Shown here piece after piece: positions 28,540 through 40,498 of a stretch of 64,000 nucleotides of DNA (position 1 is the stretch's first letter; each line of letters opens with the position of its first letter). This DNA comes from Eledone cirrhosa. Taxonomy: Eukaryota. The notes beneath the pieces were generated by a model, which was not told where the DNA came from, did not search any database, and was given only the letters and a program-made list of their open reading frames with translations. Made by a program: the position numbers and the translations under genes. The DNA lies in contig OZ024740.1 of assembly GCA_964016885.1 (NCBI GenBank), positions 354,640,001 through 354,704,000 on the forward strand. Reading direction: 5' to 3'.

Positions 28540-28830
28540 ATGCCCTTTCTAATGTCAACCACATTGCAGTGTGGATTGGGTGCATTTTATCATGGCACTA
28601 AAACAACCATCTAACAGAGTGGACTGGGTGCTTTTTATCATGTCACCACATGATCTCCTTACAACGTTGACTGGATATTGTTTATCATGTCACCAGCACA
28701 ACCACCACCTTACAGGATGAACTGGACGCATTTTTTCTTGTGCCACCAATATGACCACCTTACAGGGTAGACTGGATGATGTTCTTGTTGCAGCAGCAGA
28801 TCACCACACAGAGTGGACTTAGTGCTTTGT
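28540..28830. repeat. Degenerate ~45-55-bp tandem repeat
   Basis: About six units of accaccttacag.gtggactgg.tgc.ttttatcatg.cac. Confidence 0.7.
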
Positions 28831-29479
28831 CATGGTAATAGCATTGTGGGAGATCAGATGTAGAGCATGTCCAACTTTCCATGCTTGTATTCATGGGTTG
28901 GGCAGAAGAGGTGTATCAGAGGTGAGGAGTGAGGGTTTGTGAGGGGGGGGGGGGTACAAATAAACAAGTTTGATAAGGAAGATATGCATGGACTATTTAG
29001 TGGGTGAGGGTGAATGGGAGGGGGTAAGAAGATTGGTGCAAACTAGTGTCTTCTGCATGTCTATTTCATTGTGCACACTGGAAGATGGGTCTTCTACAAT
29101 ATAGCATAACGTCACAGATCTCAATCCTACATCATCTCCTTTGAGAAGATTAAATGTGCAAGGTCAGCTTTTATCACTTCATCCCAAGATTTCTTAGGTC
29201 TTCGGAGTTTAAATCCTGGGGTCAAAAACCAAGGTCAACTTCGTTTTTGATCCTTTTGGAATTGATAGATTAAATGCCAGTTTAATACTGGGTCAATTAA
29301 ACCTATCAAAACCTTTGTAGTATTGGTGTCATGATAAAATACAGTCATTACACTGTAGAAAGTGGTTAATGATCAAATGGAGTCAACATAGAGATAACTC
29401 TCTGATCTAATTGAGGACATGACCACATTTCTCATTCTTAGTACCTGAATCAATTTGTATGCTGTGAGGGAGATAAGAA

Positions 29480-29749
29480 TTTAACATTTCAGTTCTTCAG
29501 AGAAAAAAACATTCTCAATTAATTTGTGCCAATGAAGAAAAAAAGATATTTTTTCCCCACTGCTCGGAAAAAAAATCTGCTTGGTTGTGGCCTCTCTCTC
29601 TCTCACACACAAGAGAGAGAGAGAGAGAGAGAGGTCACAACCAAGCAGATTTCTTTTCTGGGTGGTGGGAAAAAATATTTATCTTTTTTTCTTCATTGGC
29701 ACAAATCAATATTGAGAATGTTTTTTCTCTGAAGAATTGAAATGTTAAA
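29480..29749. repeat. Imperfect palindrome, about 125-bp arms
   Basis: Arms are reverse complements around a (TC)n-cacaca-(AG)n centre. Confidence 0.9.
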
Positions 29750-30891
29750 CTAAAAGAGAGAGAGATGAATAAATTGTGTATGAGACCCGTTTTTTACCAA
29801 ATGCCAAGAACTCAATGTATTAACCACTTATGGAAGAATACAGAGTATAATTTTGTTTTAAATCAATTGTCAGCCAAAGAAGTACTTCAAATCATTTTAT
29901 TAATATCTACAGGCATATCAACTTCATTATTAAATCTTATTTGAAAATCATATTGGAAAATAGATGTTAAACGATGATGATGATGACATGCAGTATCTTT
30001 CATTTGAAATATTATATCAGAAGTGTTAAAAGAAATATCTTTGTTGAATATACAATAAGATCGGTAAGCATTATTTCAAATGCTAAATTTGTTGAATTCA
30101 GTTTCTTTATAAGAAGAATCTTTTTGCTTCAATGAGTTTTGAAAGAAGGTAGAGGAAAGAGAGGAGGCAAGTATTTTTTCCCCTGTATAATCAATAATGC
30201 CACACTTGAGTTAACCTGTATCTTTATGTAACAATACTTAACTAAAATGCATCCATCTAAGAGCTTTGTTGTTATGTGATAAATAATAACTAAGAGAAAC
30301 TGCTAGAAAACTTGTCAGACAACAAATTAAAAGGATGTAAATCAGCTTTGTTCCACCACCACCATGTTCCACAGAACGTTTTAGTAATACAATTTCATCA
30401 GTGGAATGTTGTTACAATAAGCATCTTTCTCAACAAGAAGAAAAAAGAAAACATAAAACAAACAAAAAATAGACAAGAAAAGAAAGATCCCATCTTGACT
30501 CTTTGAATAGAAATACGATCTATAAAGATACTTATAACAAAATTGAAATTACGATGTACACTGAAAGTATTTATTCTTAATAAGAGTAATTAAGAGAAAA
30601 CAATTAATTAATATTGATTTCTGACATAAACACTAGGCCATAAATTAGGAGAAAAGTATAGCTTAAGAGTCCATAAAACGATATCAACCCCATAAATTAA
30701 TGGGACTGCCCAAACCCACGATTTGTCTTTTGAACGGAAACCTGACATTTATATACGAAATGAAATTACATAAAATAATATAATACAACTTGCATATACA
30801 GGTTTTTGATTTATAAATAATGAGTTTTTATGTGTAAAAACTTGTTTTAATGTGATGCAGTCATAGTGCTGTTTTGTACTTTTCATGAATG

Positions 30892-31295
30892 TCTTGCCCC
30901 CGCCCATATCATGGACGCCGCGGTAAATGTTGGGGGGGTCACTGCTTCCGTTGCCGAACGGAATAAAATTCGGAAATACCTGGATTTATCCAGTAATTAT
31001 TTTTTCCAGGTTGTTGCGTTCGAGACGTTTGGTGGAGTTAGGCCGCTGGCAGCGAAGTACTTGTCATCGCTGGCGGCTCGCTTTACCGAAGTGTCGGGTG
31101 TTGCCCGTGAGGGTGCCTGGTTGTTTCAGTGCCTTAGCGTCGACATCACCCGTGGCAATGCTGCGAGCGTATTGTGATGTGTGTGCGGCCGATTGTCGCA
31201 CTTGGTGGTGAATTGATGGTCATTTTTTTGTTGTTATTTACGCATTTATAATGTTTTTTGTGTATATATTTAAAACGTATTTGTTACGTTATTTG
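30892..31295 (+). mobile_element. CRE-like (restriction-like-endonuclease) non-LTR retrotransposon 3' fragment
   Basis: ORF 30866-31177 reads LAPAH...AERNKIRKY...FQVVAFETFG...LFQCLSVDITRGNAASVL, matching the CRE RLE C-terminus. GC-richer than its flanks. Confidence 0.8.
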
Positions 31296-32038
31296 TACAA
31301 CTGTCCATAAAATGACATCGACCCCCAGGAATTAATGGGACTGCCCAAACCCACGATTTGTCTTTTGGACCAAAACCTAATATTTATAAGATACATATAA
31401 TAATATAATACAACTTGCATATACAGGTTTTTGATTTATACATAATTAATCTTTATTGTTGGCAGGAAAATGGATTTTAAATGATGATGATAATGTTGAT
31501 GTTTATTATTTTTTTATTCCGATTTTTTCCAGTGCATTACTGGTGCTTTATTCTATCGACGAGGTCGATAAAATAAAACACCAGTAATGCGCTGGGGGGG
31601 GGGGGGGTAATTATTGGCCTTGTGCCAAAAGTAGAAACAATTATTTTTTTTATTCCAATATATTTATTTTGTTTTATATTATTTCTGTTATGTTTTTCCC
31701 AATAACTGAAATGAGAACACACACAAAAAAAAAGGCGTAAGTGGATATATATTGAAACACTAGCCTTTTGAAGGTGTACAAACGACCAAATATTACAAAA
31801 TGTCCTCTATATTTACATATGGTTAAGGCATTAGAATGTTCTGGAACGCGCGATTGGAATTGATAGAATAAATGGTTGCGAGCATATTCGCCTAATGAGT
31901 GATAACTTTCATCTTTCTTTTTCATATTTATGCAATCATCAATGGTTTTTAAGCCAACTTTGTGAATATTTGAAATGATATTTACACAACTGTGACTACA
32001 CCGTTTTATTCTGTTCCTCTTTAGAAGAACTCGCTTAC

Positions 32039-32072
32039 CTCTTGTCCTAGTTTCGACTAATCCATTTTGCAT
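32039..32072 (-). CDS. Possible first coding exon (MQNGLVETRTR + G) of an unidentified minus-strand transcript
   Basis: ATG at 32072 and a strong donor AG|GTAAGC at 32039/32038. No downstream exon could be linked with confidence. Confidence 0.25.
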
Positions 32073-32509
32073 GCCAAATATTCACACATCTTTTTTTTTC
32101 CGAGTGGATTATTTTACATTTGTAGAAAAGCAATGACTTGCTCTTCCTTGATAATTTGAAAGTTGTGATTTCGATTCTCACCTATGGATCTTCCTAACAC
32201 CTCGTACTTGAAGTTGTTGAACATATGAATGGAGGCGAGATGGAATGGCTCTTCCAGCGCATCTCCCTTACCATCCTCCGGCAAAACGCCTTCTCCATTC
32301 TGACCACCGAGGCTGTGGGGCGGCCAGCACGTGGGACCCCATTTTCTCACTATACAAAGAGATGGGGAGGGCGAGAGAGATGGGGACGATGACGGTGGGA
32401 GTTCGGCTCTTCCGTGTTCGGACACAGCAGCTGTCAGGAGCCTAGCCGCAGACAGTTTAAATTCTCGACAATGTCTAATTCATACGTACTTAAGAAATGG
32501 AGACGAGGG

Positions 32510-34882
32510 TTTAGCAGCATGGTGTATAAATGTTATTGAGACACGAGTAACATAATAATGATGTCAACAGCAGAAATTAGAGATGAAATGTATCTTTATT
32601 TTTGTTGTAGCACAAATAAGTTTCTACTTTAGGCACAAGGCCAGCAATTATCCAGTGCATTACTGGTACTTTATTTTATCGACCCTGTAAGGATGAAAGG
32701 CAAAGTCAACCTCGGCGGGATTTGAACTCAGATCGTAAAGGGACATAACTATGCTGGAAAGCATGGCGTCCGACCCTCTACCGATACTGCCAGCACAAAT
32801 AATGTTTGTTAACTTGTATGGTTGAAGTTACACATAAAATGAGGTTACAAAAGGGAATGTGCCATTGCGCCGGAAAGCCGGCAGGCCAAGGTGCAAAATC
32901 TCACAGTCACATGTACGTGTTGCTGGTTCGAAGTTCCTGGTGCGAGAGGAAGATTCTTCAAATCTTCGCGGGGAATTTCTCCCCCAGGGCGCGTATGGAT
33001 ACATCCTCTTCTACTGGCGTTGATTGGCTGAGCTGAGCCAAATCACGCACAGAGAATGTATGTGAGCCCGCGGAATGTAGGTCACTACAATACTCCCTTC
33101 TAGACGGAAGTCGATACAGATTATTGAATCAGCAAGAACAAATGCTGAAAGAGCACATCAGTGAAAAAATAATTGAGCAGAAGGATGCATGCAAGAAAAA
33201 AAATGAGGCGCTAAGGGCCGTGTTGAGCCGCTGTGTCAAATGACTAGCTGTTTTGTAGTTTATACGTGACCACCAAAGGTCTAACAGAAAACGGATAAAG
33301 TCTGACATGGGCGAAGTTGCCGTTCTTGCATTAAATGTTAATGGTAAGTGTTGTACCAGTAGCTATGGATGAAGCTATTATGGTAGTTAAGCAGTGCTGG
33401 CAAGAAGATGATGGGTAGGCGAGAAAATGTTGGCCTCCCAGATGTATTGCCGAATGTGCTAGGGAGTCAGGAATAAATGGCTGGTTGCTTTGAAAAGAAA
33501 AAAAGCAAGTTGAATCTGTAGGTGGATTGCAGTGTAAATTCCATAACTCGGCCGAATCCACAGAAGTGGTGGAAATGCTGACAAGTCCAGTTCCACCCGC
33601 CGCTCCCCCAGTGAGTCGGGTGAGGTAACAAGATGGAGGTTGTTATGGACGATGAGTGTGCAACGAGATGCGAAACTGTTTGAGTTCAGCTGCAATTAGC
33701 ATTCTCGTGTTGCGGTGCCTGTTTGAATCCAGTTGAATTAAGCTCTATGAGTCGCTAGCATGTGACGGCCCCTCAACCAGGTGAAAAGGGATCTCGCAGA
33801 ATATTACATTTGAAGAACATACACTAAGAACAACATGTTGGTGTGTGACAAAGAAATGTGTACATATGCAGGCATGTAAAACAGCAAATAAATGTGTGGG
33901 TGCAGTCATATATACAATGATAAAGAAAATGATGCAGTCATATATACAATGATAGAAAAAAAATGAATTTCCATATAATACAGTTTTAGAAAAATAAATG
34001 TCCAAAATAAATGCCTGAAAAAAAAAGGAAGAAAGAAAGAATTGTTTCTTTTCTTTTAACAAAAAGTTCGCTTTTCTTTTGTTTGGGATCGCTCTTACTA
34101 GGGAGCTAGTAGAGTTGTTGTTGTTGTTAAAGCAAAGTCACAATGAATCTTCTGTAGAGTCGAAGTCTAGCGTTGAAGAACCTAGAGTCACCAATATGGC
34201 AGCCACGTCTGACGCCATAATGGTGAGAAAACTAATGTCTTAATTTCTCGAGTCCTTGTGGTAACGAGACAGAAGGTATGGTGGTTGCGTCGGTAAAGTT
34301 ACAAGCCATTCCCTGGTGTTGGTTAATAGTTAGCCATGTGTTGCTGCTGATGGCTGGTACTTGGTGGTAGCCGTTTTGAAATTTCCTCGTGGCGTAAATT
34401 TGTTTATACATACACTGCCAATTTTAATTTTATTTCAAAGGGAATATTTTGAACTGAAAATATTCATCACGTCGGGGTCACCATTTTTAGCAGCATAGTA
34501 TATAAATGTTATTGGGACACGAGTAACATAATAATGATATCAACAGCAGAAATTAGAAATGAAATGTATGTTTATTTTTGTTGTAGCACAAATAATGTTT
34601 GTTAACTTGTATGGTTGAAGTTACACATAAAATGAGGTTACAAAAGGGAATGTGCCATTGCGCCGGAAAGCCGGCAGGCCAAGGTGCAAAATCTCACAGT
34701 CACATGTACGTGTTGCTGGTTCGAAGTTCCTGGTGCGAGAGGAAGATTCTTCAAATCTTCGCGGGGAATTTCTCCCCCAGGGCGCGTATGGATACATTCT
34801 CTTCTACTGGCGTTGAACGGCTGAGCTGAGCCAAATCACGCACAGAGAATGTATGTGAGCCCGCGGAATGTAGGTCACTACA
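32510..34882 (-). mobile_element. Non-autonomous LTR retroelement, copy 1 (tRNA-Trp PBS)
   Basis: 5' LTR 34486-34882 and 3' LTR 32510-33089 (with SINE at 32620-32791). PBS TGGTGACCCCGACGTGAT at 34466-34483, PPT at about 33093-33101, near-TSD aggg/agtg. About 1.4 kb internal region with no pol. Confidence 0.88.
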
Positions 34883-35974
34883 AGTGCTTATCTTCAGAAG
34901 CGATATTTGTTTTCTTCGGCACGTAGAACGTCGAAGTGTTTGGTTTGATCTTTGACTATTCTTTGTGGCGGGTAGATTAAAGGTGTCTAAAATGATTTCA
35001 AATGATAGCTACGACCTGTGTATAACCACTCCTGTTGTCTATATTAATGGCCTATTATGGTTGCGAACAAATACGGTATCTCCTGGTTGCACCTTCTGGA
35101 TTAACTGTGATATTTCATATTTGTAATCATTACCATCTGCATTTAGATACGTTGAAATCAAGCAATCAAACGTTGTTCGTAGTTTTCTTCCGAACATACA
35201 TTCACCTGGTGATTTTCCGCCAGGTACATTTGGATTAGGGATGCTTCTGTATGCTACTAGGAAGGTTAATATTATATCCTTTGGTACCCTTCTCCCTTTG
35301 ACTTTAATAACGCCCGCTTGAATGTATCGACGAAGCATTCTGTCTGACCATTAGAGCGTGGATGATAAAGGGGTGACTTCATATCACGAATGCCGTTTTT
35401 CGTGCGTTATTCATAAAAAATCGCACTGGCAAATTGACTGCTATTGTCTGTGACGATAGTTTTAGGAATTCCAAATTGACTATACAACCGTTTCAAAGCG
35501 GTAAATATTGCTGCACTAGTAGTGTTTGGCATTATTCTGATCTCTGGACATTTTGAATATGCCTCGCCAGCAAAATCTACATGAATGCGGTTCCATTGTT
35601 GATCAGCTTTGTGGTTCACGGCGAATGTTTAAGTGCACGAATACAGTCCTGACAGCTTTTACAGAATTGCTCTAGCTCTTGATCTTCATCTGGTTGATAC
35701 CTGGATGTCATATGTGAAACTGTTTGATGACTGCTGTCTGCAGCAGCTGTGAAACCACAACGCGTTTACCAAACATAAACATCCATTGACCACAGATTGT
35801 GAGTGACGACGATTGAAAAACTGTTTTATTATGTTATCATTTGTTTTTGGCCACCCCAAACGTAGATAACTGATAACTTGTTGAAGGAGCTTGTATTTTC
35901 TGTGTGATGTTTAATATGACCTGCTGTTATTGGTAACACCTGGACTGCATCTGATAGTATTCTTTGCGTGGCTG

Positions 35975-36428
35975 GAGAGTGGTTGATAGGCAGTATCGGT
36001 AGATGGTCGGACGCTATGCTTTGCAGCATAGAGTTACGGCCCTTTATGATCTGAGTTCAAATCCCGCCGAGATTAACTTTGCCTTTCATCATTACGGGGT
36101 CGATAAAATAAAGTACCAGTCACAGTCATGCACTGGAGTCAATTTAATCGACTTTCCCCTCCCCCAAAATGGCTGGCCTTGTGCCTATATAAGAAACCAT
36201 TATTATTAGGGCGGTGGATTGGCAGTATCGGTAGAGGGTTCGACACCATGCTTTGCAGCATAGAGTTATGTCCCTTTATGATCTGAGTTCAAATCCCGTC
36301 GAGGTTAACTTTGCCTTTCATCCTTACGGGGTCGATAAAATAAAGTACCAATCACGCACTGGGGTCAATTTAATTGACTTTCCCCTCCCCCTAAAATTGC
36401 TGGCTTTGTGCCTATATAAGAAACCATT
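35975..36428 (+). mobile_element. Two tandem Nin/Deu-domain SINEs inserted in the Gypsy pol
   Basis: Two consecutive copies (about 35975-36206 and 36208-36428), bracketed by a duplicated attctttgcgtggctg. Confidence 0.85.
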
Positions 36429-36990
36429 CTTTGCGTGGCTGTTTCTGCCTCAACTGTTGCCACGACAGCCTTTTCTTCTGGAGTGTGTGATTGTCAATAA
36501 GACGAGATAATGCGTCAGCTTGAACAAGTTCATGTGTTGACTGATACTGGATTTTGAAGTTGTACGCTGTTAATGTAGTTGCCCATTGTTGTAAACGATT
36601 TGCTATGTGCATTGGTATGCCTTTCTTTGAGCTAAAAATTGCCGGAAGCGGTTTATGATCTGTAAGCAGCGTAAACGTCTGACCCCACAACATCTTATTA
36701 AACTCTTTGAGAACAAATATTAATGACAAAGCTTCTTTCTCAATTTGATTATAATTTCTCTTGTTTTGGAAATGAGCGAGCTGCGTGTACGATGGCTTTC
36801 TTCGAACCACCAGGAAAACAATGAGAGATGAGGCAACGATTCACACATTGGATGAGTAAGCTACTACTTCTATGGGAAGTGACGGATTAAAATGTGTTAA
36901 CAGCAACTCTGAATTTAACAGATTCTTGCCTTTGTCAAAAACTTCTTTGTATGCATTAGACCACTCCCACTTTTCGTTTTTGGCTAATAA

Positions 36991-38023
36991 CACCGCCCCG
37001 CCGTAGGTACAGAGCCCATCACTCTCTCCCTTCCCTTTCTTATATGGCCCAAGAGCCGTTGCTTTTTCCCTCCCTTTATGCATTTGTAACGGATAAGTGG
37101 GTATTCTTTGTGTGGTAGTTTTGATGAAAAGAATAATGCCATGATTGAGTTGTTAACAATGTTTATTTTATAATAACAATATTCGATTTGAACACTGAGT
37201 AATAAAATTTATGACACAAATATATCCGTACAGTAAATTGGTAGCTGCTACGAGCTACGTAAATGCATGTATCAGAGAAGACGACATAGTATATGTTGTG
37301 TTGTGTCTTGAAGATACAATATGGCAGGAAGAATGGGATGAGAGTATAATATAACAATATGAACTTACTATGCGTGTGTGTGTGTGTGCCTATTCTTAGT
37401 TTATCTTATTCTCATAGTAGTAATGGTCAATCTGTCAGGCAGGAATGGCTGGCTGAGAAGGTAAGCTAATAAAGGCCAGGAGAAAGATAAGGCGAAAGGT
37501 CTACTGATGCTACATAGTTATTTTCTTGACTGCTGCTTCGATTCTTCTTCTTTGGTTCCCTAAGTCCTTGTATTTATAATAAGTGCTAAAGTTAGGAGGA
37601 TAGATATATGAGGTTGATCTATGGTCTGACCTGTGGTTAGCATCTCCCAAGAGATTGTGGTCACAGGTCAGATGAAATGTACATTTATCATCGTTGACAG
37701 GACAAAGGCGAGAACTTCCAACGATAGATTGTCCCAGAGGCGGGAAAGCTTAAATTCGGTTTCGAATCTTCGCCGGTAAAATATAGGAGTATTCCGTTAT
37801 ACATTTATAATCCTTTCCTCTACGTTATACATTTACAATCCTTTCCTCTACTTTCCCATACAACCAGATCTGCCCTTCTTTACCCCTTCGCCTTTTTTTT
37901 TTCATTGCTTAATTTTGTTTTTATCTTTTTTTTCATATTTCCATCATTGTATAACTTCTTTTGTTATTTGTAATGTTATTTATATAACTGTGAATAAACT
38001 CCTCATGTTTATTTGTGTATTCA
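36991..38023 (+). mobile_element. Unclassified insertion in the Gypsy RT, possibly a solo LTR (37085-38023)
   Basis: Interrupts the RT/RNase H reading. TGTAAC at 37085, AATAAA near 37993, ends TTCA. Confidence 0.35.
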
Positions 38024-38294
38024 CTGGTGTTCTAATTGTATGTAATAGCTGACTAAAACAAGAAATGCTCGAAGCGTGAGAACGTCATGAGGTACAGACA
38101 ATGACTTGACAACTGCTACATTATTTGGGTCCGGATGGCATCCACCTGAATCGATGATAAAACCAAGATATTTTTTTCTTGGCATTCCATAGCTGCATTT
38201 TTCTGCTCGTACTTGCAAGCCATACACACCAATACGTTTCAAAAGATAATTTTCATCGAGTCCCATAACAAGGATTGTTTCTGATTTAGACACA

Positions 38295-38632
38295 AGCCAG
38301 CAGTTTGGGGGAGGGGAAAGTCGAATCGACTCCAGTGCGTTACTGGTATTTTATTTTATCGACCCCGTATGGATGCAGGCAAAGCTAACGTCGGCGGGAT
38401 TTGAACTCAGAACGTAAAGGGCCGTAACTATATGCAGAAAAGCATGTTGTTCGACGCTCTACCGGTTCTACCAATCCTCCGATAACAATAATTGTTTCCA
38501 CTTTAGGCACAAGGCCAGCAATTTGAAGGGGGAAGGGTAAAGTCGATTAAATCGACCCCAGTACATACTGGTGCTTTATTTCATCGACTCCTAAGGATGA
38601 AAGACAAAGCTAACCTCGGCGGGATTTGAACT
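38295..38632 (-). mobile_element. Two Nin/Deu-domain SINE copies
   Basis: Reverse-complement SINE bodies at 38295-38480 and 38490-38632. Confidence 0.8.
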
Positions 38633-40232
38633 TAATATCATCTAAATAGGTTGTCACACCCAATGTGTCTTACAATATTGCATCCATTGTTAAAAAATAG
38701 CTGGGGCTGTTTTCACCCCAGTAGGGGTGAACTCTTGTTCTGATGTTAGTAAAGTAGGTCAGTGTGATTACACATGGTGAGCTCTGGGCAAATGGTGTTC
38801 ATTTTTTCCTTTGTTACAAACTGTCCCCAGTTAGCCTGATCTCATCTCTCAAAGGAGAGACACCAAAAACAGTTTGTTCCAACAAACACGGAGGTGTAGC
38901 ACTTAGCCAAACACTCCAGCCCGATAGTAATTCTCTAAGACAATGGCCCGATAGTAATTCTCCCATTGGCACATCAACAAAGGTCAGTTCAGGTCAGGAC
39001 TTTTGCTCACACGCATAACACAAGGACTTAAACTTGTTTTTTTAATATTGCCAACAATAGCTTCGTAACAGGTTATTTAATTAATACATATATTTAAGTA
39101 GCGATTTGGTTTTTTATTTCATTACGTATGTGATCAGGGTAAATCAGTTACACAAGGAATCATCACATCACCATTGTAAGCTTGAAGAAATGGGCATCTA
39201 GCATTGAAAACTAATGTTTGCTCTCCGAACACATGTGTCAGCAACTTGGTTGTTTTTGCAAATGAAACATCGCGAGATTGATTGGGCAGGATGAAATTGC
39301 AAAAACGATTATGCTCTGCAGTTCCCAATTTTCTCAATAATAAGCGTACTTTTGTGGCATCATCAACTATTGCCAGATCTACATTGAAGATGTAGCAAGC
39401 AATGACACTATTTTATCGCTGCGGAGTAATTTGGTCGTTCTTTGTCACTCGCCAGCCCTTAGGGTTGGTGGCGCATGAATACAAAGGACGACTTGAACCA
39501 GCGCTCGAAAGTAAATATCAGCAGGAACAAACTGAAATTCAGTAACAGTGTTGAGGATGAACGTCACTGTATCATTTGACGGGGATACCGGAAGGTGCTC
39601 ATTTAATTTACTCAGCATAGTTTCAATTAATTTGAGTTGAGCTTCTTCTGCTTGCTTTTGTTGTTGTTGTAGCAACATTTGCAATTGTTCCATAGAACAT
39701 ACGACAGGTTTGCGGTCCTGCCCCTAGCAGTGGAGACTTCTGGTGCCCTTGACCCTAGGGCTACCGCCCTACTTACCACTATAGGCGCTGGGCTGGCTAG
39801 CCGCAGGTGTGAGCCTCGCGAGATGGAATGACTCTTCCAGCCCATCTCCCTTACCATCCTCCGGTGAAACGCCTTCTCCATTCTGTCCGCCGGGGCCGTG
39901 GGACCCCATTTGTTCATAATACAGAGATGGGGAGGGCGAGTGAGATGGAGGCGATGACAGTGGTAGTTCGGCTCTTCCGTGTTCGGACTTGGTGTGCAAC
40001 ATCAGTTGTCCATAGGGAGGTTGTGATTAATACATATATATAAATATTATATTGTTCTCTTAGGATTATAATACTATATCGTGCGACTCTAATAACTCGC
40101 ATTAAGAAGCGGCTACGATTAAGTTGATACAACATGACGTCATTTCTACAGTTCGGCAGTCGATTCAAATACGTAGACTTCATGTTGGTTTTCCCAACGA
40201 TTCAAATGTGAACACAAACAAGATGTAATTGA

Positions 40233-40320
<88 letters not shown>

Positions 40321-40444
40321 GTGTTAAACAATATTCAATGAGTATGTCAAATAATGAGTTTTACAGTAGATTGGAAGCACTCTACGGAGTTATTAATATT
40401 AAAATATAAATATTCATAAAATAGATGTTCTTTTGATCAATTAC

Positions 40445-40498
40445 ATTTTATTATACATATTTCGGATGTACAACAGTACGTCCTCATCAGACAAAATA
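40445..40498 (-). ncRNA. Minimal PLE-type hammerhead ribozyme (inverted partner)
   Basis: Reverse complement of 43121-43174. Confidence 0.65.

Larger units (their letters stand above)
32236..39990 (-). mobile_element. Decayed Gypsy (Mag/K02A2.6-like) LTR retrotransposon with nested insertions
   Basis: gag 39134-39693 (LLRKLGTAEHNRFCNFILP), RT 38021-38293 (KYLGFII), RNase H 36412-36990 (YNQIEKEAL, LLTDHKPL, ADALSRL), integrase 34890-35830 (WNRIHVDFAG, GIPKTIVTDN, SPGECMFGRK). The C-terminal LRRSTCRRK reading continues across the 32510-34882 insertion. Direct ~180-bp repeats at 32236-32424 and 39818-39989 are candidate LTR parts. Confidence 0.85.

Noticed and set aside
32177-32224. KYEVLGRSIGE resembling a CDKL/CMGC kinase N-terminus
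   Set aside because: No GxGxxG completion and no other kinase exons found.
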